The position numbers and the translations under genes were made by a program. Below are positions 39,570-49,955 of a DNA stretch of 64,000 nt, piece after piece (the first letter of the stretch is position 1; every line of letters begins with the position of its first letter). Below the pieces are notes generated by a model. The model did not search any database. It was not told the origin of the DNA and worked only from the letters and a program-made list of their open reading frames with translations. The DNA comes from Nitrosarchaeum sp. (GTDB lineage Archaea; Thermoproteota; Nitrososphaeria; Nitrososphaerales; Nitrosopumilaceae): assembly GCA_965223865.1 (NCBI GenBank), contig OZ245020.1, positions 1,376,001 through 1,440,000 on the forward strand. The letters run 5' to 3'.

Positions 39570-40562
39570 ATGGGACATAGAAAACACAGTCAACCACGTA
39601 GAGGAAGCTTGGCCTACTATCCACGAGGTCGTGCAAAGAGTATGGAGGCACGAATAAGGGCATGGCCAAAAATTGATTCAGAAGAACCAAAGATTTTAGC
39701 TCATTGCGGTTTCAAAGCAGGTTGTGTCCAAATTGTATCTATAGATGATCGTGACAAGACGCCTAATGCAGGAAAACAACTAGTTAGTCTTGGAACAGTT
39801 TTAGTTACTCCTCCGGTTTTAGTTTTAGGAGTCAGAGGTTATTCAAAAGATCATAATGGACTGCATGCAGAATTTGACGTGTATGCAGATGAACTTCCAA
39901 AAAACATAACAAAAGAAATTTCATTGAAAAATAAAGAGGGAGCAATAGAAAATGCAGAAAAAAAATTGAAGAGTATTAAAGAGATTTATGCTATTGTTGC
40001 AGTATCTCCAAGTGCTGCAGGGCTTGAACAAAAAAAACCATACATATTTGAAGCATCAGTTAGCGGAGGAGACATTCAAAAACAATTTACTCATGTTAAA
40101 GAATTATTAGGAAAAGAAATCAAAATTGATCAAATTTTTGAAACAGGCGCAAGTGTTGATGTTGCTGCAATCACAAAAGGAAAAGGATGGCAAGGAGTAA
40201 TTCAAAGAATGGGTGCAAAAAGAAAGCAGCATAAATCCAGAAAGACAGTAAGAGAATTAGGTTCGCTAGGTCCAATTTCTCCTCAATATGTAATGTATAC
40301 TGTTCCAAGAGCAGGACAGATGGGATTTCATCAAAGAATTGAATATGACAAAAGAATAATGATGATAGGAAACACAGAAGAAAATGAACTAAAAATCAAC
40401 CCAGAGGGAGGCTACAAGCATTTTGGTTTAGTTAAAGGAGACTTTGTTATTCTAAAAGGTTCAGTTCCTGGAACATATAGAAGATTGATAAAACTAAGAA
40501 GTCAAATTAGAAATGTACCAGCTAAAATTTCAAAACCAAACATTTTAGAGGTTGTAGTATAA
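39570..40562 (+). CDS. rpl3: 50S ribosomal protein L3
   Basis: PRRGSL, ITKGKGWQG and RAGQMGFHQR motifs. Confidence 0.98.
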   Translation: MGHRKHSQPRRGSLAYYPRGRAKSMEARIRAWPKIDSEEPKILAHCGFKAGCVQIVSIDDRDKTPNAGKQLVSLGTVLVTPPVLVLGVRGYSKDHNGLHAEFDVYADELPKNITKEISLKNKEGAIENAEKKLKSIKEIYAIVAVSPSAAGLEQKKPYIFEASVSGGDIQKQFTHVKELLGKEIKIDQIFETGASVDVAAITKGKGWQGVIQRMGAKRKQHKSRKTVRELGSLGPISPQYVMYTVPRAGQMGFHQRIEYDKRIMMIGNTEENELKINPEGGYKHFGLVKGDFVILKGSVPGTYRRLIKLRSQIRNVPAKISKPNILEVVV

Positions 40563-41374
40563 TGAAGACAACATCATTTTCAATTAGTGGTGCCAAAGAA
40601 GGCGAAGTTGAATTGCCATTGATTTTCTCAACGCCATTTAGAAAAGAATTAATCCACAAGGCATTCACAAATTTAAATTCTCATAAGTTCCAACCACAAG
40701 GAAGGCATCCAACTGCAGGTATGGATGTAGTTGCAAGATCAAATGATCCTCCAACAGGTCAACATCAGGCACGTATTGCCAAGATGAGAGGTGGAGGTGG
40801 AGGAAGACAAGGCCAAGCTGGAGGTGTAGCATCGGTAAGAGGAGGAAGGCAAGCACATCCCCCAATAGTGGATAAAGTAATTTACAAAAAAATAAACAAA
40901 AAAGAAAGTAAACTAGCCTTATGTTCTGCCATTGCAGCTACTGCATCAAAGAAATTAGTTCAATCAAGAGGTCACAAAGTTGATGATATAGAATCATTTC
41001 CAATTGTGGTGTCAAATGACATTGAATCAATCTCAAAAGCCACAGAGTTTTCCAAAGTTTTAGACTCATTGAAATTAATGAGTGATGTTAAACGACTAGA
41101 AACAAGAAAACCACGAACAGGAAAATCTTCACTAAGAGGCAGAAGTAAAAAAGTTGGAAAAAGCGTATTGTTTGTTACCAAGTATGCTTCAAATATCAGT
41201 AAAGCTTGTGGTGCACTACCAGGAGTCGAAGTAAGATCTGTAAAGGACCTAAGTGTATTAGATTTGGCTCCAGGTTCAGATCCAATTAGATTAACCGTTT
41301 ATTCAAAGGCAGCCTTAGAAGAAATTGCAAAAATAAAATCAACACATCTTGAGGTAATGGTGAAAGTACAATGA
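40562..41374 (+). CDS. rpl4: 50S ribosomal protein L4
   Basis: GGRQAHPP and LAPG motifs; operon position. Confidence 0.97.
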   Translation: MKTTSFSISGAKEGEVELPLIFSTPFRKELIHKAFTNLNSHKFQPQGRHPTAGMDVVARSNDPPTGQHQARIAKMRGGGGGRQGQAGGVASVRGGRQAHPPIVDKVIYKKINKKESKLALCSAIAATASKKLVQSRGHKVDDIESFPIVVSNDIESISKATEFSKVLDSLKLMSDVKRLETRKPRTGKSSLRGRSKKVGKSVLFVTKYASNISKACGALPGVEVRSVKDLSVLDLAPGSDPIRLTVYSKAALEEIAKIKSTHLEVMVKVQ

Positions 41375-41637
41375 ATGTAGATCAAGCAACAAAAATTATT
41401 TTGAAACCATACATTACCGAAAAAACGTTTGCGATGGTAGAAAATGAAAGTAAAATTTGTTTTATTGTGGAGAAAACAGCTAGTAAACCACAAATCGCTG
41501 AAGCTATAAACGCACTTTATAATCAAAAAGCAACTAATGTAAACACTGCAAGAACAATTTACGGAAAGAAAGCTTTCGTACAGTTTGAATCAACAGAAAA
41601 GGCGCGAGATTTAGCTACAAAGATAGGAATGCTATAA
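41371..41637 (+). CDS. rpl23: 50S ribosomal protein L23
   Basis: PYITEK, VNT and KKAFV motifs. Confidence 0.97.
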   Translation: MNVDQATKIILKPYITEKTFAMVENESKICFIVEKTASKPQIAEAINALYNQKATNVNTARTIYGKKAFVQFESTEKARDLATKIGML

Positions 41638-41681
41638 TATGGACTGTAAAACTTTAACAACACTAACAGAGGAGATGCAAG

Positions 41682-42077
41682 ATGGTTAAAGAATTTTCAT
41701 ACAGAGGAATCCCACAGGCAGAATTAGAAAGTATGTCACTGGAAAAATTATTCCAGTTGTTTAACTCAAGACAAAGACGTTCACTTACTAGAGGAATTAC
41801 TGATGGCAAAAGAAAACTAATTGAAGAAATCAAAGCAGCCAAAGCAGGTAAACTAAAGAATCCAATCAAAACTCATTGCAGAGATTTAATTATTCTGCCA
41901 TATATGGTAGGTGTTCCAGTAAACGTTTTCTCAGGAAAGGAGTTTGTTCCAGTCCACATCAAAACTGAAATGATTGGACATTATTTGGGAGAATATGTAA
42001 TAACTAATAGAAGAGTCTCACACGGTGCACCAGGTGTAGGAGCATCAAGATCCAGTCTCTATGTACCACTAAAGTGA
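41682..42077 (+). CDS. rps19: 30S ribosomal protein S19
   Basis: IKTHCRD and MIGHYLGEY motifs. Confidence 0.97.
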   Translation: MVKEFSYRGIPQAELESMSLEKLFQLFNSRQRRSLTRGITDGKRKLIEEIKAAKAGKLKNPIKTHCRDLIILPYMVGVPVNVFSGKEFVPVHIKTEMIGHYLGEYVITNRRVSHGAPGVGASRSSLYVPLK

Positions 42078-42082
42078 TCATT

Positions 42083-42541
42083 ATGGGAAGATTCGGATAC
42101 GCATTTCAAAATTATGACACAACAAAGCATGTCCGCTCTTCGTTAAGAGAAAAAGACATTTCACATAAACACGCTCGGGAAGTAGCTGTTGCAATTAAAG
42201 GACTAACAATTGAAAAAGCAAGAGATTATCTTCAGGCAATAATTAACAAAGAAAGAGCAGTTGCATTTAGAAGGTATAACAATCAAGTGGGCCATAGATC
42301 AGATCCAGGTATGATGTCTGGACGTTATCCTCAAAAGACAGCAAATGAATTCATCAAGGTATTAGATAATTTAGAATCAAATGCAGAATACAAAGGAATG
42401 GATTTAGATAGATTAAAAATTGTAAATGCAACTGTTCACAAAGGAGTTCTTGTAAAAAGATTCATTCCAAGAGCAATGGGAAGAGCAACTCCAAAGAACA
42501 ATGTATTAACACATGTAGAGTTGGTGGCTCAGGAGATTTAA
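42083..42541 (+). CDS. rpl22: 50S ribosomal protein L22
   Basis: GRYPQK and PRAMGRAT motifs. Confidence 0.97.
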   Translation: MGRFGYAFQNYDTTKHVRSSLREKDISHKHAREVAVAIKGLTIEKARDYLQAIINKERAVAFRRYNNQVGHRSDPGMMSGRYPQKTANEFIKVLDNLESNAEYKGMDLDRLKIVNATVHKGVLVKRFIPRAMGRATPKNNVLTHVELVAQEI

Positions 42542-42542
42542 A

Positions 42543-43298
42543 ATGTCATCAGTCAAAAATGTAATCAAAGATAACTACAACATGATGCTACTCAAAGATT
42601 ATCTTAGAGCAGCTATCAAAGAGGCAGGTTTTTCACATGCTGAAATTTCAAAAACACCAACAGGAACAAGAGTTGCATTACATGTAACAAGACCCGGAAT
42701 TGTAATTGGAAGAAAAGGTTCAGGAATTAGAGAGTTAACAGATAAACTTGCAGTAGATTTCGGATTAAAGAACCCACAAATTTCAGTTGTCGAAATTGAA
42801 AAACCAGAACTATCACCAAGTGTGATGTGTAACAGAATGGCATCACATATTGAGCGTGGAACAGCATTTAGAAGAGCAACAATGTGGACACTAAAACAAA
42901 TTATGGAAAATGGTGCAATGGGAGTACAAATTACAATTTCAGGTAAACTTCGCGGTGACCGTTCAGCTTTTGAAAAACACACTGCAGGAATATTACCAAG
43001 AGCTGGACATCATGCAGAAATAATTGTTGATGAGGACATTGCTCATGTAAAAACCCCAATGGGATTAATAGGAATTAGAATAAGAATAGCTAGAAAAGAA
43101 AAATACATTCCAGAATTTGAACTAAAGAAAGAAAAACCAAAAAAAGCACAGCAAGTAAGAGATGAAAAAACAGGAAAAATGAGAGATGAAACAGAAGCTG
43201 AAAGAAAAGCAAGAACAGAATCTGAACAAATCGCAATAGAGGAAGAGAAGATGAAAGAATTAGAAACACTAGAAGAAGAAGAGGCTAAATTGAAGTGA
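42543..43298 (+). CDS. rps3: 30S ribosomal protein S3
   Basis: [10 protein letters not shown] and ISGKL motifs. Confidence 0.97.
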   Translation: MSSVKNVIKDNYNMMLLKDYLRAAIKEAGFSHAEISKTPTGTRVALHVTRPGIVIGRKGSGIRELTDKLAVDFGLKNPQISVVEIEKPELSPSVMCNRMASHIERGTAFRRATMWTLKQIMENGAMGVQITISGKLRGDRSAFEKHTAGILPRAGHHAEIIVDEDIAHVKTPMGLIGIRIRIARKEKYIPEFELKKEKPKKAQQVRDEKTGKMRDETEAERKARTESEQIAIEEEKMKELETLEEEEAKLK

Positions 43299-43498
43299 CT
43301 CGAATAAGCATGAAAACAATTAGAGAGTTAAACGAAAAAGATCTTAAAAGTAAAATTCAAGAATCACGTAGTGAACTTGGAAAACTCAAAGTAGATGGTT
43401 CAAAAGGAACATTAAGAAAAGAAAGTGGAAAACTAAAACCATTAAGACACGATATTGCACGAATGCTTACAAGATTAAACGAGCTGAAAAAGAAATGA
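43295..43498 (+). CDS. rpl29: 50S ribosomal protein L29
   Basis: RHDIARMLT; operon position. Confidence 0.95.
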   Translation: MTRISMKTIRELNEKDLKSKIQESRSELGKLKVDGSKGTLRKESGKLKPLRHDIARMLTRLNELKKK

Positions 43499-43761
43499 TT
43501 ACAACACAAAACATCCTAAATCACGAATTAATTGGATTACATGCAGAAATTGTTGAATCAACGAATTCACAAATCATAGGATTAAATGGAAGAATTATTG
43601 ATGAAACAAAATCAATGATTACAATCAACACTGAAAAAGGAACTAAATCAATTGCAAAATCACAAAACAATTGGAAATTTTCAATTGACAACAAAGACAT
43701 TATTGTAAATGGTTTAAAAATTGCAAAAAGATCTTTTGATAGATTAGGAGTAAAAACATGA
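43495..43761 (+). CDS. rnp1: RNase P protein component 1 (Rpp29/POP4)
   Basis: HELIGL and GRIIDETK motifs. Confidence 0.92.
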   Translation: MITTQNILNHELIGLHAEIVESTNSQIIGLNGRIIDETKSMITINTEKGTKSIAKSQNNWKFSIDNKDIIVNGLKIAKRSFDRLGVKT

Positions 43762-44081
43762 ACAAAAATATCGGATTAAAAGTAAAGGAACCTACAAGAG
43801 AATGTACTGATAAGCATTGTCCATTTCACGGAAATTTGTCAGTTAGAGGAAAACTATTTGATGGAAAAGTAACAAGCAGTAAAGCTAAACAAACAATCAC
43901 ATTACAAAAAGAATCACCCGTTTACTTTAGTAAATTCAAGAGATATGCACGTAGTAAGAATACAATTCATGCTCACGTACCTGAATGCATAGATGTAGAG
44001 TCAGGCGATCACGTATTGACTGCTGAATGCAGACCAATCTCAAAGTCAATCTCATATGTAGTTGTGGAGGTTAGAGCTTAA
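43758..44081 (+). CDS. rps17: 30S ribosomal protein S17
   Basis: CPFHG and ECRPISK motifs. Confidence 0.97.
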   Translation: MNKNIGLKVKEPTRECTDKHCPFHGNLSVRGKLFDGKVTSSKAKQTITLQKESPVYFSKFKRYARSKNTIHAHVPECIDVESGDHVLTAECRPISKSISYVVVEVRA

Positions 44082-44503
44082 TGGCAAAGCAAGCTGGAAA
44101 GGGAGTAGCTGAATTTCGCCCATATGTTACAAGATCAATACCTATAGGAGCAAACATTGTTTGCGCTGATAATACTGGTGCAAAAATTTTAGAAATTGTA
44201 ATGGTTCAAAAACATAAAACTAGAGTATCTAGACTTCCTGCAGCAGCAGTTGGTGACTTTTGTAATGTTGTAGTAAAGAAAGGACCGGCAGAATTAAGAA
44301 AGCAAGTTTATGGTGCAGTAATAATCAGACAAAAATATCCAGTTCGTAGATTAAACGGTGTAAGAGTGTCCTTTGAGGATAATGCAGCTGTTTTGATCAC
44401 TCCAGAAGGAGAAGTTAAAGGAACAGACATCAAAGGACCAGTGGCAGCAGAAGCTTCGGAGAAATGGCCAAGAGTAGCTAACTTGGCATCAATGGTGGTA
44501 TAA
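44081..44503 (+). CDS. rpl14: 50S ribosomal protein L14
   Basis: CADNTGAK and FEDNAAV motifs. Confidence 0.98.
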   Translation: MAKQAGKGVAEFRPYVTRSIPIGANIVCADNTGAKILEIVMVQKHKTRVSRLPAAAVGDFCNVVVKKGPAELRKQVYGAVIIRQKYPVRRLNGVRVSFEDNAAVLITPEGEVKGTDIKGPVAAEASEKWPRVANLASMVV

Positions 44504-44504
44504 A

Positions 44505-44930
44505 ATGAAACCAACAAAAATGAGAAATAATTTAATTTACCGTGCAACATTTAATGTGAAAAGTAAGCAATTAACAAGTCCTCTATCAAATGAATTAAGA
44601 AAAAAATATTCAAGGAAAAGTGTCAGAGTTGTTGAAGGAGACAGTGTAAAAATTGTCAGAGGAGAATTCAAAGGTGTAGATGGAAAAATATCTGAAATTT
44701 CAACTGCAAAAAATAGTGTAGCTATTGAAGGAATAAAAAAAGAAAAAACTAAAGGAGATAAATTTGATGTATACATACACACATCAAATCTTTTAGTTAC
44801 TGGTTTAAACACAGATGATAAATGGCGAATCAAAAAGCTAGAGAGAAAAAGGATTCAACCACAAGAAACTCCAGAGACAACCAAAGAAACAAAAGTAGAA
44901 AAAAGTGAAAGAAAGGAAGATGAGAATTAA
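44505..44930 (+). CDS. rpl24: 50S ribosomal protein L24
   Basis: [16 protein letters not shown] motif; IHTSN. Confidence 0.96.
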   Translation: MKPTKMRNNLIYRATFNVKSKQLTSPLSNELRKKYSRKSVRVVEGDSVKIVRGEFKGVDGKISEISTAKNSVAIEGIKKEKTKGDKFDVYIHTSNLLVTGLNTDDKWRIKKLERKRIQPQETPETTKETKVEKSERKEDEN

Positions 44931-45646
44931 TGGTCAGTATTTCAGGTAGTAAAAAACTAAAAAGACAAATGGCCCCACAGTTTTGGGGAATCTCTAGAAA
45001 GGATAAGAGATTTGTAATTACTGTAAAACCAGGACCACATAAAAAAGCATATTCTATTCCAACAGCAGTATTTCTTAGAGATATGTTAAAAATTGTGACT
45101 AGTCTTAGGGAGGCAAAAGCATCAATTTATTCAGGAAAGGTAAAGATTGACGGAATTGTTAGAAAATCTCTTCATCATTCAATTGGATTGATGGATGTAA
45201 TTGAGTTAGAAAATGTGCCTGAGGTATACAGACTAGTCCCAATGGAAGGAAAATTACTAAGACCACTAAAAATTAACGAATCAGAAAAAAACAAAAAACT
45301 CGTTAGAGTTACCAGCAAATCGACTATCAGCAAAGGAAGAATGCAGATAGGATTTCATGATGGACGCTCAATAATATCAGACACCCAAGTAAGTGTCGGA
45401 GATACCTGCTTGATTCAAATTCCAGACCAAAAGATTCTCGAAGTAATCAAACTAGAAGCAGGTGTTCAGACCTTGGTAACAAGAGGAATTAATGCAGGAC
45501 AAATAGGAAAAGTAGAATCAATTGAAGAAGGAACCTTCATTCTGCCAAAGCGAGCAGTACTAGTTTTAGGAGAAAGGAAAATTGAAATTCCAGATGATAT
45601 TATCATGGCAATTGGAAAAGAGGAGCCAGCAATTCAGATAAAGTGA
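44930..45646 (+). CDS. rps4e: 30S ribosomal protein S4e
   Basis: LKRQMAP, PGPH and GLMDVI motifs. Confidence 0.96.
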   Translation: MVSISGSKKLKRQMAPQFWGISRKDKRFVITVKPGPHKKAYSIPTAVFLRDMLKIVTSLREAKASIYSGKVKIDGIVRKSLHHSIGLMDVIELENVPEVYRLVPMEGKLLRPLKINESEKNKKLVRVTSKSTISKGRMQIGFHDGRSIISDTQVSVGDTCLIQIPDQKILEVIKLEAGVQTLVTRGINAGQIGKVESIEEGTFILPKRAVLVLGERKIEIPDDIIMAIGKEEPAIQIK

Positions 45647-45650
45647 TCAT

Positions 45651-46172
45651 ATGTCCCAAGTAACAGAATCCCCAATGAAGAAAATCTCATTAGAGAAAGT
45701 TGTTCTAAATATGGGAGTAGGAAGATCAGGTGATGCAATAGAAATTGCAAAAAAAGCACTAGATCAAATTTCAGGTAAAAAATCATGTGCAAGAGATGCA
45801 AAAGAAACACAAAGAGATTGGGGAGTACGAAAAGGAGAACCAATAGGAGTAGCTGTAACAGTTAGAGGAGAAGATGCCAAAGCATTACTCAAAAGATTGT
45901 TTGAAGCAAAAGGCAATCAAGTAAACGGTAGAGCTTTTGATGATTTTGGAAATTACTCTTTTGGAATTAGAGAACACATTGATATTCCAGGTGTAAAATA
46001 TGATCCACAAATTGGAATTTTAGGTCTTGGAATTTCAGTGACATTAACTAGACCAGGGTATGGTATTAGAAAGAGAAGTAAACACAAAGCAAGTATTGGA
46101 AAAAAACACATTATCAAAAATCAAGAAGCAAAGGATTATCTAACAAAAAAATTTGGAGTGACAGTAGTATAA
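45651..46172 (+). CDS. rpl5: 50S ribosomal protein L5
   Basis: GNYSFGIREHIDIPGVKYDPQIGI. Confidence 0.98.
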   Translation: MSQVTESPMKKISLEKVVLNMGVGRSGDAIEIAKKALDQISGKKSCARDAKETQRDWGVRKGEPIGVAVTVRGEDAKALLKRLFEAKGNQVNGRAFDDFGNYSFGIREHIDIPGVKYDPQIGILGLGISVTLTRPGYGIRKRSKHKASIGKKHIIKNQEAKDYLTKKFGVTVV

Positions 46173-46351
46173 TGGCAAAAGACAGATCATACAAATTTAC
46201 AGGAAGAAAAAAGCATGACTTTGGAAGAGGTTCAAGATGGTGTAAGAGATGTGGGGACTATACTGCTGTTATTCAAAAATACGACTTGATGATTTGTAGA
46301 AGATGTTTCAGAGAAGTAGCAACATCTTTGGGATTTAGGAAGAATAGGTGA
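46172..46351 (+). CDS. rps14: 30S ribosomal protein S14 (zinc type); not in the ORF track
   Basis: GRGSRWCKRCG...ICRRCFREVATSLGFRK. Confidence 0.96.
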   Translation: MAKDRSYKFTGRKKHDFGRGSRWCKRCGDYTAVIQKYDLMICRRCFREVATSLGFRKNR

Positions 46352-46356
46352 GAATA

Positions 46357-46749
46357 ATGCCAGCAACAAATGTTTTAGCAAATTTATTTAACACATTATA
46401 CAATAATGAATCTAGAAGAAAAGGAGATTGTGTTATTCTTCCAACTTCAAAACTTGGAATTGAAGTTTTAAAGACTTTGCAAAAAGATGGATATATTGGA
46501 GAATTTGAGCATATAGATGATAAAAGAGGTGGAAAATTCAAAATTAAACTGCTAGCCAAAATCACAAAGTGTGGTGCAATTTCACCACGATTCAAGGTAA
46601 AAAGCGACCAGTATAATAACTGGGAACAGCAGTATTTACCAGCATACAACAGAGGAATGTTAGTAGTTACAACGAATCAAGGTGTGATGTCACATCATGA
46701 GGCAGTTAACAAAGGATTAGGAGGATTTTTGATAGGATATGTCTACTGA
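46357..46749 (+). CDS. rps8: 30S ribosomal protein S8
   Basis: GYIGEFE, CGAISPRF and TTNQGVMSH motifs. Confidence 0.97.
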   Translation: MPATNVLANLFNTLYNNESRRKGDCVILPTSKLGIEVLKTLQKDGYIGEFEHIDDKRGGKFKIKLLAKITKCGAISPRFKVKSDQYNNWEQQYLPAYNRGMLVVTTNQGVMSHHEAVNKGLGGFLIGYVY

Positions 46750-47296
46750 GCAATTAGAAAAATTGGAAGATGTTGTCGAGATTCCAGAAGGAGTCACAAT
46801 CACTCAAAAAAAACACATGTTGCAATTTCAAGGACCATTAGGCAAAACATACAAAAGTTTTAGAAGTATTCCTGTCAATTTGAAGATCAAAGATGACAAA
46901 GTACACCTTAAAGCACAAGGAAAAAGAAAAAGAGATTACTCTATCTTACATACTGCAAGATCAATTATTAGGAACATATGTGAAGGCCTAGTTAACGGAT
47001 ACACAATTAAAATGAAAGTAGTTTTTGCACACTTTCCAATTACAGTTAAAGTTGAAGGAAAGACAGTAAAAATTGAAAACTTTCAAGGTGAAAGAGCACC
47101 AAGAACAACTACAATAGTAGGAAACACCAAGGTAATTCCAAAAGGAGAAGATGTGATTTTAACTGGAGAGGTCTGGACAGACATTACTCAGACAGCTGCA
47201 AACATAGAATTACACACCAAAGTTAAAAATAAAGATCATAGAGTCTTCTTGGATGGAATTTATGTATACGAGAAGAAAAAAGGTATTGAAAAATAG
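46739..47296 (+). CDS. rpl6: 50S ribosomal protein L6
   Basis: AHFPI and KDHRVFLDGIY motifs. Confidence 0.97.
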   Translation: MSTEQLEKLEDVVEIPEGVTITQKKHMLQFQGPLGKTYKSFRSIPVNLKIKDDKVHLKAQGKRKRDYSILHTARSIIRNICEGLVNGYTIKMKVVFAHFPITVKVEGKTVKIENFQGERAPRTTTIVGNTKVIPKGEDVILTGEVWTDITQTAANIELHTKVKNKDHRVFLDGIYVYEKKKGIEK

Positions 47297-47322
47297 AACC
47301 TTTTTGATTTTGAGAAAAACTA

Positions 47323-47610
47323 ATGACTCTAGATCCTGAATTTACAAATCAAACAAAAGAACTCATTACCCAAACTCTTGAATTATACAAAAAAGCAGGC
47401 GCATCTCCAAGAGTAGGCCAGTTATGGGAATGTGAAAATGTTGGAGATTTCTTGTGCGGGTTTTTTGTAGGAGAAATGGTTGGTTCAGCACTCAGTGCTT
47501 TTCAAATAGTTCACAAACGAGAGCCAACAGCTGATGAACACATGGAAATAATCGAGTTAGTCGAGAGTTATTCAAAAGAAATCAAAGAATTTTTTGCAAA
47601 ATTTAACTGA
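47323..47610 (+). CDS. Hypothetical protein
   Basis: 95-aa ORF with DFLCGFFVG segment. Confidence 0.7.
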   Translation: MTLDPEFTNQTKELITQTLELYKKAGASPRVGQLWECENVGDFLCGFFVGEMVGSALSAFQIVHKREPTADEHMEIIELVESYSKEIKEFFAKFN

Positions 47611-47682
47611 CAGTATTTTACATTTACTTTAAAATAGATAGTCGCAAGGATTAAATCACTTTTACCTAGGTACAAATCTGTT

Positions 47683-47756
47683 GCCGCCCTAGCTCAGCGT
47701 GGTAGAGCATCCGACTGTTAATCGGACGGTCGTCAGTTCAAGTCTGATGGGCGGCG
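47683..47756 (+). tRNA. tRNA-Asn (GTT), intronless, CCA not encoded
   Basis: Acceptor GCCGCCC/GGGCGGC; anticodon arm TCCGA-CTGTTAA-TCGGA; T-loop TTCAAGT. Confidence 0.97.
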
Positions 47757-47761
47757 CTTCT

Positions 47762-47858
47762 TATTTCTAAATTCGAAATTTGAAATATCTTTTTCCATTA
47801 CTGAAAATCAGGAGGATCATCAAATCAAAATATTTCTAAACTCGAATATTGAAATATT
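47762..47858. repeat. Two imperfect copies of the ATTTCWAAWTTCGAAWTTWGAAAT palindrome
   Basis: 47762 tatttctaaattcgaaatttgaaata; 47829 aatatttctaaactcgaatattgaaatatt. Confidence 0.75.
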
Positions 47859-47945
47859 GATCGGTAACAACAATTTTGTTTAGACTATTAGACTAGATAG
47901 ATCTAATAGATGATCGCATATCAGTAATAATGCAGGAGGTATACA

Positions 47946-48191
47946 TTGGTCAGAACTAGAAGGGCCAATAGGTATTGTGTTGATTGTGGTGCAAGACTTG
48001 TATATTATCCAAGATTATCAAATCCCAAAGCCCCAAATGAGCACAGAGTCTTAGTATATGCATGTCCAGATTGTACAGATGACTTTGAAAAACCAAAAAT
48101 GTTTTCAATTAGACGAAATCAAGTAGAAGATCCTTTAGAGACAGTTGAAATTGAAATTACTCAATTGCAGAAAAAATCAGTTGTAAAATGA
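47946..48191 (+). CDS. Zinc-ribbon protein
   Basis: YCVDCG...ACPDC; GGAGG SD upstream. Confidence 0.75.
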   Translation: MVRTRRANRYCVDCGARLVYYPRLSNPKAPNEHRVLVYACPDCTDDFEKPKMFSIRRNQVEDPLETVEIEITQLQKKSVVK

Positions 48192-48225
48192 ATGAAATTT
48201 ATTGATAAATCAGAGAAGAAAAAAC

Positions 48226-48450
48226 ATGTATCCTGAAAAACCAAGAAGTAACCTCTGGTTTCTTTTGCCGATATTTTTAGGATTAATAGGTGGAGTTATT
48301 GCATATTTTGTTTTAAGAAACGATGATCCAAAAAAAGCGAAAAATTGTCTTTTTCTTGGTATTGTTTTGGCAATAATAGGAATACTCTTGAATCTACTAC
48401 TAGCATTTCAAATTCCAGGAATTGATCAAGGGTTTAACGTTAATGTCTAA
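48226..48450 (+). CDS. Small two-TM membrane protein
   Basis: Paralog of the N-terminus of 743..1303. Confidence 0.75.
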   Translation: MYPEKPRSNLWFLLPIFLGLIGGVIAYFVLRNDDPKKAKNCLFLGIVLAIIGILLNLLLAFQIPGIDQGFNVNV

Positions 48451-48495
48451 ACAAAGGTAAGAAAATTCATAGTAAACTAGGCGTTGATTTATAAT

Positions 48496-48519
48496 ATTTC
48501 AAATTTCGAAATTTGAAAT
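48496..48519. repeat. Perfect 24-bp palindrome
   Basis: atttcaaatttcgaaatttgaaat. Confidence 0.85.
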
Positions 48520-48587
48520 GTAGAAAATTAACAATGTAAAACAACCAATAATTTAGAAACATATAACAGCAGAAAAAATAATTTTTC

Positions 48588-49037
48588 ATGAGCAATTCAA
48601 AACTCAGAGACAATATAGAAAGATGGTTGATTCACGAAAGTCTTTCATTTGAGGAAATAAAGAGTGGCGAAAACAGTTTCCATGTTTTGGTAAAGCATGC
48701 AGGCGAATTTGGAATTCCTGTAGAAATTTTTGAGCCAAAAGCACAACCAGGAGTAATAGTAATTGGAGCCAAGGTAATAATGAAGAATAATCAAATTGCA
48801 AGATATTTGGGATTTAATGATGATGAAAAAGCCAGATTTGAAAAAAAAGTGGGAGATTTTTGTTATTCCATTCAGGCAATCAACAAGATGATTGTAGAGG
48901 ATGGAAAGCAAAAGGTAGGAGTTTTTGTCGTATTAGATGATAAAACAAACATCAATCAGCAGACAGTATTTGATGCAATTGATAGGGTTTCAGAAATGCA
49001 TGAAAAAACTTCACGTTTTCTTATGAAGACATTCTAA
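48588..49037 (+). CDS. DUF2299-like archaeal protein
   Basis: IERWL..E, then F.V.V pattern; 149 aa. Confidence 0.65.
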   Translation: MSNSKLRDNIERWLIHESLSFEEIKSGENSFHVLVKHAGEFGIPVEIFEPKAQPGVIVIGAKVIMKNNQIARYLGFNDDEKARFEKKVGDFCYSIQAINKMIVEDGKQKVGVFVVLDDKTNINQQTVFDAIDRVSEMHEKTSRFLMKTF

Positions 49038-49123
49038 AATATTGATGAATTATAACCTGTCAAGTCATCGGAGTTTTCCTCGAAAAAAGAGAGAAAAAAT
49101 TGAATTTCTAAAAATTGTGCCTA

Positions 49124-49310
49124 GGGGTTAAACCCCCCTCGAAATTTAACTCATTTAGGCATGATATCGTTTTTTCAAAATTACCTATTTTGAGGGGGGG
49201 TTGAACACTTGTGCCTAATTATGAAATCCAACTGTCAAATCGCCAAGGTCTCCCAGCTAAACATGTATCAAGTTTTATTGTTGTGTGTAAAAGCTAAACC
49301 CCCTTAAATT
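49124..49310. repeat. G/C-string inverted and direct repeats
   Basis: ttaaacccccctcgaaat (49128) versus attttgagggggggttgaa (49187); third copy taaacccccttaaatt (~49295). Confidence 0.6.
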
Positions 49311-49340
49311 ATGATAAAAAAAGAAAAAAAGGACGTTTTT

Positions 49341-49955
49341 TTAAGCGGTTGGAACGATACAAACTGCTGCAAAGTCTGCAGGATCAGTTATAGTATTTCC
49401 ATTTGCGTCAACAGGATCAAGGTCAAATGCCGCAGAACCACCGGGTTGTCCCACAGTGAAATCTTGTAGGTTGCCATTTAGTGCTCCAACAAATCCTTCA
49501 GTCCCAATATCAATACCTGTACCAATAAGGTTCTTTCCGGCAATAATTAGCCTCTCAGTGGGTTGATCGTATGTAAGTTCGCCAATTGCCATGAAGTCAC
49601 AAAGATCACTTTCTACAGGATGAACTAAATGAGCATGCCATTCATTTCCACAAGCGACATCTGTAACATTGCATATAGCTGCAATTGCGCCTACCTGGTT
49701 AGCCACTTGATCAGATGTTGGTGCCTGTTGTGCAGGACTGTCAAAGAATCCTTCATGTGAAGTGAATGCTATGACATGACCGCCATCAGTAAATAATGCA
49801 TAACCTCCAAACGGATGTTTTGGTACATTATCATCTAGTTGAAATCTTAGTTTTTTGATTTCATCACCAACCACTTTGGTTTGAATTTTGTTGATGCCTG
49901 TTATCGCATCGGCCACTGCAGGAACTGTAACTGCTAGGGTCAAAACTGCCATCAA
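49341..49955 (-). CDS. Secreted hypothetical protein; 5' end apparently frameshifted from ATG 49984
   Basis: Partial signal peptide ending PAVADA; FTSH, WHAH and Cys motifs; looks more GC-rich than its flanks. Confidence 0.7.
   Translation of the reverse strand: MMAVLTLAVTVPAVADAITGINKIQTKVVGDEIKKLRFQLDDNVPKHPFGGYALFTDGGHVIAFTSHEGFFDSPAQQAPTSDQVANQVGAIAAICNVTDVACGNEWHAHLVHPVESDLCDFMAIGELTYDQPTERLIIAGKNLIGTGIDIGTEGFVGALNGNLQDFTVGQPGGSAAFDLDPVDANGNTITDPADFAAVCIVPTA

Noticed and set aside
41637-47296. rpl2 absent between rpl23 and rps19; cluster ends at rpl6
   Set aside because: Fragmentation of this operon is, to my knowledge, the normal thaumarchaeal arrangement.
49124-49205. ORB-like G-string replication origin
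   Set aside because: No TTCCAGTGGAA-type ORB core and no adjacent cdc6/orc1.
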